A program made the position numbers and the translations under genes. The notes beneath the pieces are model-generated. The model searched no databases. It was not told where the DNA came from and was given only the letters and a program-made list of their open reading frames with translations. This document shows, piece after piece, positions 51,122-64,000 of a stretch of 64,000 nucleotides of DNA (positions are counted from its first letter, which is position 1; the number at the start of each line of letters is the position of its first letter). Source of the stretch: Octopus sinensis (taxonomy: Eukaryota); contig NC_043003.1 in assembly GCF_006345805.1 (NCBI RefSeq), positions 52,390,001-52,454,000 on the forward strand, read 5' to 3'.

Positions 51122-51286
51122 TAGGTGCAGGAGTGGCTGTGTGGTAAGTAGCTTGCTTACCAACCACATGGTTCCGGGTTTATTCCCACTGCGTGGTACC
51201 TTGGGCAAGTGTCTTCTACTAGAGCCTCGGGTCGACCAAAGCCTTGTGAGTGGATTTGGTAGACGGAAACTGAAAGAAGCCCGTCG

Positions 51287-51317
<31 letters not shown>

Positions 51318-51560
51318 TTGTATGTATGTATGCGTGTGTATATGTTTATGTTTGTGTGTTTGTGTTTGTCCCCTCAACATTGCTTGACAACCGATGCTGG
51401 TGTGTTTACGTCCCCGTAACTTAGCGGTCCGGCAAAAGAGGCCGATAGAGTAAGTACTAGGCTTACAAAGAATAAGTCCTGGGGTCGATTTGCTCGACCC
51501 CAGGACTTTTGCTAAAGGTGGTGCTCCAGCATGGCCGTAGCCGAATGACTAAAGCAAGTG
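51122..51560 (+). mobile_element. Family-C SINE
   Basis: taggtgcaggagtggctgtgtgg...internal (TA)n(TG)n...gctccagcatggccg. Confidence 0.88.
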
Positions 51561-52884
51561 AAAGAGAGAATCGGATTATTTATAATCTATAATACGAAAT
51601 ACTTTTATATATTATGTACACATATCCCTTATGTTGTATGCAATATGTATAAATGCTTGCTTTTCGATTTATTTCACACATTTTAAATTCATAATATAAA
51701 TGCCTCTATGACTGCGGTTGTCCTTATCTATTTTATACGCCTCAAATCGTGGCTTAGAAATTTGTACCATACTTTTTACTTTGATATTTTCTTATTTTTC
51801 GTATATTTTGATTCATCTTACAACATTATATTTATTTACTGAATTATGATTATTATATATTCTATTACTATTTTTTTCCAATTCATTTTTTACATGTTAT
51901 TGTATTTTATCCTATTACATGATTTTATTTCATTATACTGTTTTTAACTACTCTTTAATTATTTAAAAAATTCTATAAGTTTCTTTGCATTTCCACTTTT
52001 TATTATTATCCAATTAGCTGAATACATGTCATTGATTGGTTGAAATTACCGAAATACGAGAACTTTAACGTGAAATAACTTCGTTTTTCTCAAAAATGCT
52101 AAGAGTGAAAGATGTTTTATATGACACATTCTACCAGTGTCCGAAGTTTGAAAGTGTTTAGTTACAAAAAATTATTTTTTATATCTGTAGGTCAAAAGGT
52201 AAAGATTCCAATTTTGTTGTTGTTTTTTTATCATTATATGTAGGGATGAGCTACTTCGCTATCTGATTTCCTCCTACCCCATCTTCTAACCTCTTTCATT
52301 GCTATAAATCTTCATTGCCCCCCACCACCACCTGCCCACACCTAACATCACAGTATTTTCTCCTACAGTACTACCAAACTGAACAAACGTTCATTTTTAT
52401 GAGCGGCACTGGTCATAAAAACAAGAAGTAGCCCAAACTGTTGAATTTCCAATGTTTTTGAATGTTGGCTTTTGAATGTTGTGATTCATGTATTTACCTA
52501 ATGGAACAGTTTTTTCTAATGATGTAATTTCTCCATTAATCAATTAAAAACTCGTTGGGAAAAGCTGTAATTGATTGATACGTTATCCATCTGTTGTTGT
52601 TTATCTATTTATTATTTACCTCTCTCAGAACCAGTTCCTTGCGTGGATCCGAATTATATTATGGACCGTACTTTTAGTGCAATGTGTGTACCCTAGATTA
52701 TCCTAAGGGCTCATGATATACTCAGTCGGGTACAGTTAATCGTATGCATAATCTGAATATCTTCCTGACTATACTTCGGTACCCGCTTATGTATTCTTCT
52801 ATTTTTGTTATGTACGCATTTCATTCTTCGACCCGACTTTGTGCCTTACCATTTAAGTACCTGATTCACACGAATCCTGATACA

Positions 52885-52894
<10 letters not shown>

Positions 52895-52983
<89 letters not shown>

Positions 52984-53023
52984 AGAATTCATAAAAAACA
53001 ACAACAAAAGACGAAGACAGGTG

Positions 53024-53080
<57 letters not shown>

Positions 53081-53195
53081 TGTATTTAAACACACACAGC
53101 TACACATATATAGACTTACTTGGAAATGGATGCGTGGCGATCAATCAAATAATAATATGAATAAAATATATATAATATATACATACATACATACA

Positions 53196-53231
<36 letters not shown>

Positions 53232-53243
53232 TACATATATATA

Positions 53244-53318
<75 letters not shown>

Positions 53319-53345
53319 CTATATATATATATATATATACATACA
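52895..53345. repeat. Cluster of (TC)n, (TA)n and (TACA)n tracts
   Basis: Direct reading. Confidence 0.95.
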
Positions 53346-53509
53346 TATTACGTTTGGAGATGATGTACAGGTATTATATATTAGCAGAAATGAGGTACTC
53401 AGAAATCCGATGGTTTTATATTTAGAGATATTTATTAGTGTTACATGTTTTTATACACCATATATCATATATTAGCGCTTTCGTCCATTCTAGTGGAGTC
53501 TTCAAATTG

Positions 53510-53552
<43 letters not shown>

Positions 53553-54585
53553 CACATATACATACACACGCGCGCGCACACACACACATACATATGCATA
53601 TATGAGTACAGAACATCCTCAACAGTAAACAACGTGAAATACGAAAACAAATTAGTTCAATACGCAAACAACGAGAGAAACAAATGGAAAACAAGACAAG
53701 TAACATAAAGAACGACCCTTCATCAGTTGTCGGCAGTCTATCTACTCCTCATTTCGAGCATTGAACGACACTATAAGTCTTCGAAGACAGTTGCTCCCAT
53801 AAGTACCAAAATAAAATTTGGGATTTATGGAGGGTCAAAGTTGGGAACAAAAACAGAACTGGAGACTTACAAGGAAATCGAACGAAAACAAATATGGAGG
53901 GACTCATCCCCACCTCCTCCAAGCTGCCCTTTTGGCAAAAATTTGAAATGATAATAATTATAATTATTATACCTGTGTTTGTTTTGATATTAAGATTGAA
54001 AAAGATCGAACTTGTTTGTAAAAAATTTTGGACCCGGGTTTGCACACCATAAGCAATTTTCATTCCCGGGCCACTGCAACGTTGGCTTCTTTAGAATTGG
54101 AAAACCTTACAAACTGAAAAGAATAGAGTTTTTCCTTAACTGACGATAGTCTATTCTTATCCAGAATAGCAGCTCATGCAAGGTTTGCAGAATCGACAGC
54201 GTTACTAAATTACCTTCACCCAAAATAGGGTCTTGAATTTCGTAGTAATCAACGGCCAGCTATGGTCAAATGGTGACAGGAAGGACTTGAAAGTTCAAAG
54301 ACTATGTAATAACAAAAAAAAAAAAAAAAAAAGGAGCTGTTGCTTTGCAGGTTGTATTATATCAAAAGCTAAGAGACCAGCCCTAACAGAAAATCGCTGC
54401 TGAAGAAATGCTTTCAGTAGACTATCAGCAAATTGACAAGCTTAAATAAGAATGCAATAACACCAAGATTAGAGTCTCTGAAGTGACGTCCTCACCTTTT
54501 AAGTAAACACTGGTCGCCATTCAGAATAATGAAATGTACTTAAATCCTTAGACGTGGGGTCGTCCAACCCCGATGCAGACAAATA

Positions 54586-54780
54586 TTAGGTCGTCAAGTA
54601 TGAAATTTGTAGAAAAGAAAAAAAAGTTTGCTAATGTTTTATAAATACAAGAAATAATTTTATTCATCAAGGTATGCACCTATATTGTCAATATACTTTT
54701 GCCAGTTCAGCAGTAGCTTGTCCAGCCCGGAACTGTAAAAGCCTGACAATCTAGAGTCAATAAAATCTCGAAAGGCCCGT
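54586..54780 (-). mobile_element. Mariner 3' end fragment
   Basis: Minus strand FRDFIDSRLSGFYSSGLDKLLLNWQKYIDNIGAYLDE*, followed by a TIR-like end (ttaggtcgtcaagtatgaaa on plus). Confidence 0.6.
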
Positions 54781-55499
54781 GTTATGCGTGTAGTTTGTTG
54801 TATCAGGAAAGACAAGCAGTTGAAAGCCATTGTTATTATTTACGTGTTTATTGACGTTGCTTGATTACACGGACGACATTAGCGTAGTGATACATTGTTT
54901 ACTTTTCACACAGTTCGTACTATTCACTACAAAATAGTGCCAAGAGTAGGGAGTAGTTTGGCATTCGCAAACACACAGATATGAATATGTAACAGCCCGT
55001 TTTATAACATAGTCGGAATTAACTATATAAAATAGTGCCACGCTTGCACCGAACTCGACGATGATCCTTTCTTCAATCACTAGGTAGCAGGTAGCCTACC
55101 AATCCAGACTGGTCAATTTACTACTGAAGAGGTTAAAAATATAGACATACAGTCCATTCTTCGACGTACACATGTTGGAGTTCTGTAATGTGATATATAA
55201 AGAGAACAACAACAGCCTTCTCAAAGTCTTCAATTATTTCATTTCATTAAAAAAAAATGATTTTCATCTGTCCCAGATCTACAGAGGAATTATACTCCCT
55301 CATCTAGCCTGAGCATCTATAATCCCATGCTCCATACCCCTTAACAGAATTTTTCTTCATATTGATTCCACCCAACAACAGAAGAAAAACAACTGTCACA
55401 AGGGCAGATCTATTCTATCGTAAATTATTATCGTTAGATAAATCATAAAAGAGCTTAGAATCTTCATGCAAAAAGTTTCAATTTACTTGTGAATTACTC

Positions 55500-56400
55500 C
55501 TAAATATTTGATCAACAGAAGTATCAACAGAAAGGCCATGTTGTGTACCCTGTTGAATTACAGTCTCCCAAATGAGATTGCCAAAACCATCACCACTATG
55601 TATGAAAATCCATCAGGCAAAACCATCACCACTATGTATGAAAATCCATCAGGCAAAGTACAGAAGGCCAGGCTAGAAAGTTATCAATAGTGGAAGGAAT
55701 ACGTCAGGGAGATGCTCCTGCTTTTTTTTCTTTTTTTGCCTGTCTGTGGTCGACTACATTCTAAGGTAAAGTCTTGATTCCAACCGAAACAGAAGTCTCA
55801 CCATTAAACAGAAGTGATTAAAACTTTAGTGGAGCCTATATCTTTCTTGCTTTAGCTTGGCTGATGGCCTGGACCTCACAGATCATCAGCTATATAGTTC
55901 GCAAGACTTGAGAATGCTGCAACCAAATTTGGCCTCTTTCTCAAAACAAAGAACAAAGTACATGGCCATCAATGAGTATGGAAGCCACTTGTCAATTTGC
56001 TCCAAAGCCGAGATACAGCTGAAGGAGTTGAATGACTTTAAGTATCTTCAGTCGTTGACTGCAATAAAGACTTCCTGATGCCCGGAGAAACTTGACGCGT
56101 CTCTAACAAACTTCACAACACCAAGTAATTATTTCGAAGTCAGATAGACTGGTTCTCTTCAGATCGTATGAGATTAGAATTCTTTTCTACAGAGCATTGA
56201 CTATGAACGAGCTTCACAGTCGTCTTGATACATACACAAGGCTCCTCATGAGGGTTCAATGTATCTCATTATGTGACTACATGATCAAAGAAGAGATTTA
56301 TCAACACATTCCACCCATCTCTTCTATTGTTGCATGGTCGATTTTGCTGTCCACTGTTGTTGTTTTGAACACCAGGCCATATCGGATGTTATTTTGTGAA
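55500..56400 (+). mobile_element. Degenerate RTE-group RT fragment
   Basis: SINRKAMLCTLLNYSLP...MYEN, GIRQGDA, KYMAIN, NDFKYL, RLDTYTRLLMRV; internal ~35-bp tandem duplication around 55585-55656. Confidence 0.65.
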
Positions 56401-58659
56401 CTTCTACATCATAATTAAGGAAGACGACCACTCAGCTACATTGTTGTTATTGACAGAGACACACAACATGAAATTGAGGACTTAACAAAACTAATGAGGG
56501 ATAGATATCTCTAGTGAAGCATGGTGAAATGCATCGTGGTTGTGGTTTCTTGAAGAAGCATTCCTGCCTACCAAATCGAAGCATAACATTCTGGTTTCTG
56601 ATTAAGTTAATTTGCACTAATTTTGTAGATTTACATACCCACCAAAACTGTTCCGTTGGTTGGACTCCCACAGAAAAGCTTCTAAATGTGTTGACCATCT
56701 GTGATACCATGCACATACAGTGGTAACTAGCAAGAACTACGATCCAACAAGACATCTCTTCCACCATATTCGAACAGAGTACTTCAAAACTAGAAAATAT
56801 TCTCACTAAAATCGTTTCCAACATGTAAAGTTAATAAAAACAGTTAAGAATTACCTTCTTTGGTCCTTTGAGTATCTGCCATTCTCCTTCAGTAACCACT
56901 ACCATAGGCTCTTGCCAAACTAGATTTATTAATACAAAAGACTCGCTCTTATCTGTCACTCCCCACTGGTTGCTTCTCCTTGTGAATTTGGAGGTATTAG
57001 GTTAAAATTATAATTTTTTAAGGACAATTTTGTTTTTAGTTGTGGTATATTCCATTTTAACTGGAATTGAAAGATGTCCAGTTGAATTTCCATAAGAAAT
57101 AATTGGTCATATTTTTAGGGTTTTATATTTTGAATTCGCACTTGGCACTTTTGACCTAGTTTGGTACAAGGACCCCTTAGCATATATTTTCTCAGATTGG
57201 TAGCTTCCATTCAGACTGCATTATTGCAGTGTGTGTCAACTGGGCTCTCATCAACTCCCTGTACCATTACTAGTGTATTTTAGAGTTTAGTAATGTATCC
57301 TTACTTTTCTTTTCATACGCTAACGATCTAATGGCAACTCATACTCACAACACACACATCTGTGTAGATGATGCAACCCTTCTGCCCTTAACTTACGTCA
57401 GACAGAAACTGCTCTTCAAACAGATATCTTGATATGATCTTTTAAGGGAAGCAAGATGACTTTCATCAGAAATATAAATTACTACACTTAAAAAAAAAAC
57501 CGGTGTGTTTAACTAGCTATGAATGACACACGAATAGAATCTTTAAAGTAACATCAAAAACAATGCTGCTTAACAGATTGGCAACGACCATTTACTATTA
57601 TATTGCAATCTCTAGCTCAAATGCATACAGCTTCCCTTTTTTACTTCTTCTTTTTCCACTAAAACAACCCCTCTCCTTCTGAACTAGCTGACTACTTACT
57701 TTCCCGCCACCTACATCATATCACCCACCCCATATGCCCTACATGAAATCTGAACATGGTGGCTTGATGTTTCTTAACCATTTAAAATCCCTTCTATGAT
57801 AAATGAGCCAATTTGTATTGGCAAGTCACCTAAGAGGAGATTATCACCAAGTTTGGAGTTGGGTAAGCTCTATGTTAACATACTGTAAATAATCTGTAGT
57901 ATTGAAACGAAGCTTCTAGGTACCGGTCAGTAATTTCTCCTACAATGCAGATTGTTCTGAAGTTCCCTCACAAATGTCCTGGCAGCTACAGGATTGTTTT
58001 TATTGTGGATGTTGCTAAGTTCTTCTATTTCAGACTCGATGTGTACTTCTAGTGCTTCTTTGTATGCTTAATCAAGTATGACTTTAGCTGAATCGAAGTT
58101 CCTTTCAGTATTCTGAGCCCTTTCTTTGAAGACCGCAACCATGTGAAACTGCTCCATTTCTGCAAACGGTGACTTCCAAGTATTCAATCAGAATATTACA
58201 CACAGTAGTCTCACCAGCTCTGCCCCTCTTCTTTGATTTCTGTCCTAGCATTTAATCTTCTTTAGTACAATCTGCATTAATGCTATATATCGATGCAACC
58301 AAATCAACGCATTGCTGAACCTGCCACAGGAGGCCTATCACTAAAAGAGATCTCCTGCCACAACATTTTGAAAAACACACATCTATACTATAATGAAGAA
58401 AACTGCTTCTTAATCAGTCAGTAGAATGTACCTTTTAATAGAAGAACGTAACTCAAGTAACTGCCCAAGAAATTCTCAAAAATTCCAATTTTAATATATT
58501 CTTATGAAAATATGGTTTTCAAGATCTTTTTATTATTGAAGATTTCAACTACACGATTCGATCTGAAAATAATTTTTTTTTCCTTTACGAGACAGTGTTT
58601 ATTTAACGTCTCTGCTTATATTTCAGCATAACTACAGAAGTGTGCCTCCCCACAACCCG

Positions 58660-60090
58660 ACTATGTTTCCTCATAATCTTCTGAAAAATGGATATTTTTA
58701 ATAAATTTTCTATGGCGCAGATTACGAGTATGTCGGAATTTGTTGTGAAAATCTTTTTTCGGTCGGGGGGGGGGGGGCAGAGAGGAGTTTTAGGTAATCC
58801 ACACACCTTGGCTTTGCTTCCATAGAACAACCAGAAAATGGATATTTTTTTTTTTAAATGAGATTTTCTACAAATAACTTTCATATGGTTCAGATTACGA
58901 TTATATTGGAATTTAATGTGAAAAACTGGTGGCAGGGAAACACTTCAAACATCGTAACTTTGTTCCCTCATATTGTTGATGTCGATTACAATTATGTTTA
59001 AAAAGATAAATAAATAAAAGAAAAATTAGTTTTCAGGATTTTTCTACCCTTTTCTGAGAATTCTCAGAAAGAAATCTTTGTAGAAAGAGAGCACAACGTT
59101 TCTGTCCTCATTTTTTTTCTCTCTCTCTCTGGTCGCGTAATCATGTACCTCCCTTACAGCAAGACATCTGTTTCTGTCTCACTATAATCCTTCATCATTT
59201 GACACAAAATCCCCCTCCCCTCTTAAAGGATCCTTGTCTTGCAAGTTACTTGGTGACCCTGCTAGTGCTGATACCACTTAAAAAGCATCCAGTCCATACT
59301 GTAAAGTGGTTGGCATTTGGAAGGACATCCAGCTGTAAAAACCATTCCAAACTGACCTCGCCTATGTTTGTGTCTTGTAAAAAGTACTCAATTCACCCTG
59401 CGGAGTGGTTGGTGTTGGGAAGGGCATCCAGCTGTGAAAACCCTACCAAAACAGACACAGAAGTTTGGTGTAGGTTCCTGCCTGACTAGCTCCTGTCAAA
59501 CTGTCCAACCCATGCCAGCATGGAAGGAAGGCGTTAAATGATGATGATGATGATGTACTTCTTTCATTATTTTGTTGCAATCTAGACCTTGTGCGATTAT
59601 AACAGAAAAGATTGCGTTATTACAATCTTAATTTCCTTTTAACAAATACAAAGCAAGCCCTCCCTCTTCATGGTCATTTAGTATGCTAGAAATAGCAGAA
59701 ATCACATGGGTCTCAAAAGTAATTTTTGTTTTCAACCTAACTATATCTACATCTTCAAAACATCTACCACAAAGTTGAGATGCGTGAAATATCTGCCTCA
59801 AACAAATTCCGATATGGTCGTAATTCACATCATCTAAAAGATATTTCTAGAAAATTTCTTTAAAAAATATCCATTTTTATGAAAGTTATGAAGAAACAAA
59901 GTTGAAGCATGTGAATTATCCAAAAATCCTGTCCCTCTAAGCCCTGCCCCACCTCTGAAAAAAGTTTTTCACAACCATTTCCAATATAACCGTAATCTAA
60001 ACAATCTGAAACATATTTGTAGAACATTTCATAAACAAATATCCATTTTTCAGAAAGTTATGTGGAAGCAAAGTTGGGGCACATTTATAG
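58660..60090. repeat. Two tandem ~150-bp units and two inverted counterparts (foldback-like) with a SINE inside
   Basis: gaaaaatggatatttt...cagattacg...ggaattt...gtgaaaa twice at 58660-58935; reverse complements at about 59790-59900 and 59950-60090. Confidence 0.55.
59140..59555 (+). mobile_element. SINE 3' portion with (TGA)n tail (family F)
   Basis: Duplicated ggttgg..ggaaggr catccagctgt module; tail tccaacccatgccagcatggaa...ttaaatgatgatgatgatg. Confidence 0.65.
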
Positions 60091-60259
60091 AGTTATGTCC
60101 TAAATTTACTGAATTAGTGAGTACTATTAGATGTACTATTAGGTACAAAGAAAAATTAAATGTAATATATAAGAAAAATTACACAAACTGAATCAAATAT
60201 CATTTAGCAACATGCAGAAAACCTCCTGAAGGGCAGTTTTTCTGTTAATCCATAAAATA

Positions 60260-60812
60260 TTGGGTTGTCCGGAAAGTTCGTGCCGATTTATAGTAGCTTA
60301 CCTTTCGACTTATTTTAGAACATGTTTGAGTCCATAAAATAGGATTTGACTACACCTCCATTTAGAGCACGGTTTAAGCTATCTTTTCGTGGAAGAAGAT
60401 TTATGTTCCTATAACCTGTGTTAATTCTGTAACCCTTTAAAACGGAAGATGAGAAAGTTCATTTTCGGCACTTGATACTTTGGGAACCAGACAAAAATTG
60501 CTGCAGCTCGGCTGGGATGTGTTACCCCACCTTCTATATTCACCAGATATTGCTCCTTCGGATTTCCAGTTATCCAGGTCTCTGCAGAATAGTCTTAAAG
60601 GTAAAAATTTCTATTCCTTGGATGACGTAAAAAGATACCTTGATAAATTCTTTGCCATGAAACCACTTCAATTCTGGGAAGAGGGTATTTTCAAGTTAAA
60701 GGAAAGATGGAGACGCATTGTGTAACAAAATGGTTCATATTTAGTTGATTAAAAATGTAATGGCAAGTATTTATTAACCTTTTTCTTTCCTTTAAAATTC
60801 CGGACAACCCAA
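60260..60812 (+). mobile_element. Mariner deletion derivative of the same family as 25357, retaining the C-terminal part
   Basis: 5' TIR/UTR nearly identical to 25357-25570; jumps to LGTRQKLLQLGWDVLPHLLYSPDIAPSDF...ERWRRIV; right TIR partly deleted. Confidence 0.9.
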
Positions 60813-61297
60813 CATTTGCATAAATAATGGCTTTTCTGCCATGTGAACATTTTTACTATAGTTCCTTAAATAGAACTATGATATTTCCTTATACAAGCAA
60901 GCTAGCATTTAATAATTATACTTATCTTTTGAAACCATGTCAACAAGTTTTACTTATCAGTGTCAATGGTGTGAATTGAATAACTTAGACACAATATGTC
61001 ACATTTTTTGGTGTTGGGGGTAAAGGGAAGGGGAAAGTGTAGTTGATTAACATGGACTTCAGTTCTCGACTTATGTTTAATTTAATACCCTTCTTCTCCA
61101 CCGGAAAATCAAATTATTAGAGAGTGTGTCAATGAATTCTTAATTTATTCAGGTTCAGGCGGCGGACTTCAGTAGCTACAAAAATAGAAAAATAAAAGAA
61201 AAAAGAAAAGACGCCCCGCCATAAAAAAAAAAAAAACTTATTTTAAGACAGATTAAAGTATTATATGTTTTTCTGAGACTTAGATATTTCTAACGTC

Positions 61298-61440
61298 CAG
61301 GTGTAGGAGTGGCTGTGTGGTAAGTAGCTTGCTTACGGACCACATGGTTCCGGGTTCAGTCCCGCTGCGTGACACCTTGGGCAAGTGTCTTCTATAGCCT
61401 CGGGCCGACCAAAGCCTTGTGAGTGGATTTGGTAGACGTC

Positions 61441-61504
<64 letters not shown>

Positions 61505-61700
61505 GTGTGTCTGTGTTTGTCCCCCCCCACATCGCCTGACAACCGATGCTGGTGTGTTTACGTCCCTGTAACTTAGTGGTTCGGCAAAAGAGACTGATAG
61601 AATAAGTACTAGGCTTACAAAGATTAAGTCCTGGGGTCGATTTGCTCGACTAAAGGCGGTGCTCCAGCATGGTCGCAGTCATATGATTGAAACAAGAGTA
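61298..61700 (+). mobile_element. Family-C SINE
   Basis: Head, internal (TA)n(TG)n and 3' module all present. Confidence 0.88.
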
Positions 61701-62777
61701 AAAAAGAGCTTGACTCTCATTGCTTTTCTTCTGGAAGTTTCTTTCTGTTTTTTAACTTGAAACATTTCTTCATAACAAGAGGAAGAAGTGGCATTTATGA
61801 ATTTTTGCAGGGCCTCTGAAACTGGTGGGGAAAAAAGTTACATAAGAATAGATGTGCCACATATCTTTTATTGTTCATTTGTTTCAGTCAGTGGGCTGTG
61901 GCCATACTGGAGTATCATCTTGAAGTGTTTAGTTGAACAAATCAACCCCAGTACTCACTTTTTAGTTGGGAATTTCTAAGGGCCTCTTATGTCGAACCAT
62001 TAAGTTATGGGGCTGTTGTCTCATAACACTAATTGTCAAGCAGTCGTTGGGGACAAATACAAAGACACGCATTCACACATAGATATACACACATAGATAC
62101 ACGCACACACACACACATATTTATCTTATATATAAGTGGCAATTTCAGGCTATCTGTTACCAATTTAGTGCCTAAACTACCAAACCAATATTCACGAAAC
62201 TTTGCATACATGTAACACTAACATGCAATTCAATAATAAGCAAATTGGATTTCAATAAAAAATCTATGATGTACACTCCAGGGGCGTTGGGCGAATTATA
62301 TGATAAAATGAGACGGTTGCAAAATTATAAGTATGAGAGAGAGAGGGTGACTTGCATCAGTGAAGGCGAGAACAGCGATAATAATGGAATGATAACGTTA
62401 CTATAACTGTCATATGAGGTAGTAACACAGAGAGAGGATGACTTCTATCAGTGAAAGCGAGAACAGCGGTGAGAATGGGGTGATAACTGTCAAATACATG
62501 CGACGCCGCTTACATACTTTCGTAAATATATACATACAACGCACACACATACACACACAGGAAGGTGGGTGTGAGGAATACATAGCATTAGGGAGAAAAG
62601 GGTATGTGGCTTTTCTGCTATCGCAAGGAAACACTCACACACAGACCCACACATACATAAATATGTGTGTGTGCATACATACGTACGTTTGTAAATTTGT
62701 GTTTCTGTGACGTCCTATAACTGTCTCTCTCTCTCTACTTTTGTGACTTACACCTAACTCCAACTAAAACTTGTATA

Positions 62778-63378
62778 TTATTTTCTACTCTAGGCACAAG
62801 GCCCGAAATTTGGTGGGAGGGGCCAGTCGATTAGATCGAGCCTAGGACGCAACTGGTACTTAATTTATTGGCCCTGAAATAATGGAAGGCAAAATTGACC
62901 TCGGCGGAATTTGAACTCACAACGTAAAGACAGAAGAAAAACCTATTTCTATTTCTTTACAACCCACAAGGGGCTAAACACAGAGAGGACAAACAAGGAC
63001 AAACGGATTAAGTCGATTATATCGAGCCCAGTGCGTAACTGGTACTTATTCAATCGACCCCGAAATGATGAAAGGCAAAGTCGACCCCGGAGAATTTGAA
63101 CTCAGAACGTAGCCGCAGACGAAATACCGCTAAGCATTTCGCCTGGCGTACTAACGTTTCTTATTTCTTTACTGTCCACAAGGAGTTACACACAGAGAGG
63201 ACAAACAAAAGGATTAAGTCGATTATATCGACCCCAGTGCGTAACTGGTACTTATTTAATCGACCCCGAAAGGATGAAAGGCAAAGTTACCTCGGCGGAA
63301 TTTGAACTCAACGTAACGGCAGACGAAATACCGCTAAGCATTTCGCTTGGTGTGCTAACGATTCTACCAGCTCGCCGC
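62778..63378 (-). mobile_element. Three stacked family-D SINEs (D2, D1, D1)
   Basis: Three successive aactggtactt..atcgaccccgaaa..gaaaggcaaagt modules; the first two lose their heads where the next tail begins. Confidence 0.85.
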
Positions 63379-63910
63379 TCTTTAAACACACTAATTGATT
63401 TATACCTAAATTATTTATTATATATATATATATTCCAGGGTGCACGAATTCTGGACAAAGATCCAAAGTATCGCTGATGACACCTGGTAGCCATAAGTGG
63501 TGAACGTGCTCTGCAGACACATTACCTGGGACCAACATCTGTACACCCACACATCGAAGTTACTGGCCCCTATCCATATACACACACACTTATACATTCT
63601 CACATACATACGCATGCACCTTCCTTTGGGGATCACCAATACTTTATTATCTCCCCTTCTTTCTACCTCTCCTGTTAAAGCTTTTTCCTCAACCAGTCAC
63701 CATGCTTGATCGCCAAATCCACAAGATTTTTTTTATTCTCTCTCTGTTTATTTCCTCTTATTCCTTTCTGTTGAAGAGCGTGGATTTTTTCTTCTTTTTT
63801 CACATATGCTGTTGTATTTACCTTTTGTATTCTGTTATTAATTAATACTAGTTTTTATATTCTTTATTTTTTTCTATCTTTTATTTCCTATTTTTATATT
63901 TTATTTGTAT

Positions 63911-64000
63911 AGGCGCAGGAGTGGCTGTGTGGTAAGTATCTTCTACTATAGTCTCAGGCCGACCAAAGCCTTGTGAGTGGATTTGATAGACGGAAACTGA
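63911..64000 (+). mobile_element. Family-C SINE head with internal deletion, runs off the window
   Basis: taggcgcaggagtggctgtgtggtaag joined to tcttctactatag. Confidence 0.7.

Noticed and set aside
53715-53730. CTGATGAAGGG on the minus strand (and ttgatgaaggg near 38712)
   Set aside because: No closing helix II or downstream GAAA

Overview
Eukaryotic, AT-rich, microsatellite- and transposon-saturated genomic DNA. The SINE families and repeat landscape suggest a coleoid cephalopod, most likely an octopus (inference; needs BLAST). Only one convincing intact host gene is present: a single-coding-exon rhodopsin-family (class A) orphan GPCR on the minus strand (13513-14466). The rest is a layered TE landscape: tRNA-headed SINEs of at least five families, RTE, CR1-like and R4/Dong-like LINE relics, Penelope-like element (PLE) relics, mariner/Tc1 relics and MITEs, and long foldback inverted repeats. 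Most notable: (1) a young, complete, non-coding LTR retroelement (42048-44729) with 586-bp LTRs differing at 5 sites, a 4-bp TSD, a tRNA-Trp-type PBS and a PPT, inserted into the endonuclease domain of an old CR1-like LINE. A diverged sister LTR (50343-50855) shares an NRF1/ETS-like motif pair and two hairpins with compensatory substitutions. (2) Several minimal hammerhead-ribozyme-like motifs at PLE ends, mostly near (TA)n tracts. (3) A ~415-bp foldback 130 nt downstream of the GPCR stop codon. Most ORFs in the supplied track are translations of microsatellites or repeats. All alignments were done by eye; repeat boundaries without a stated TSD or TIR are approximate.
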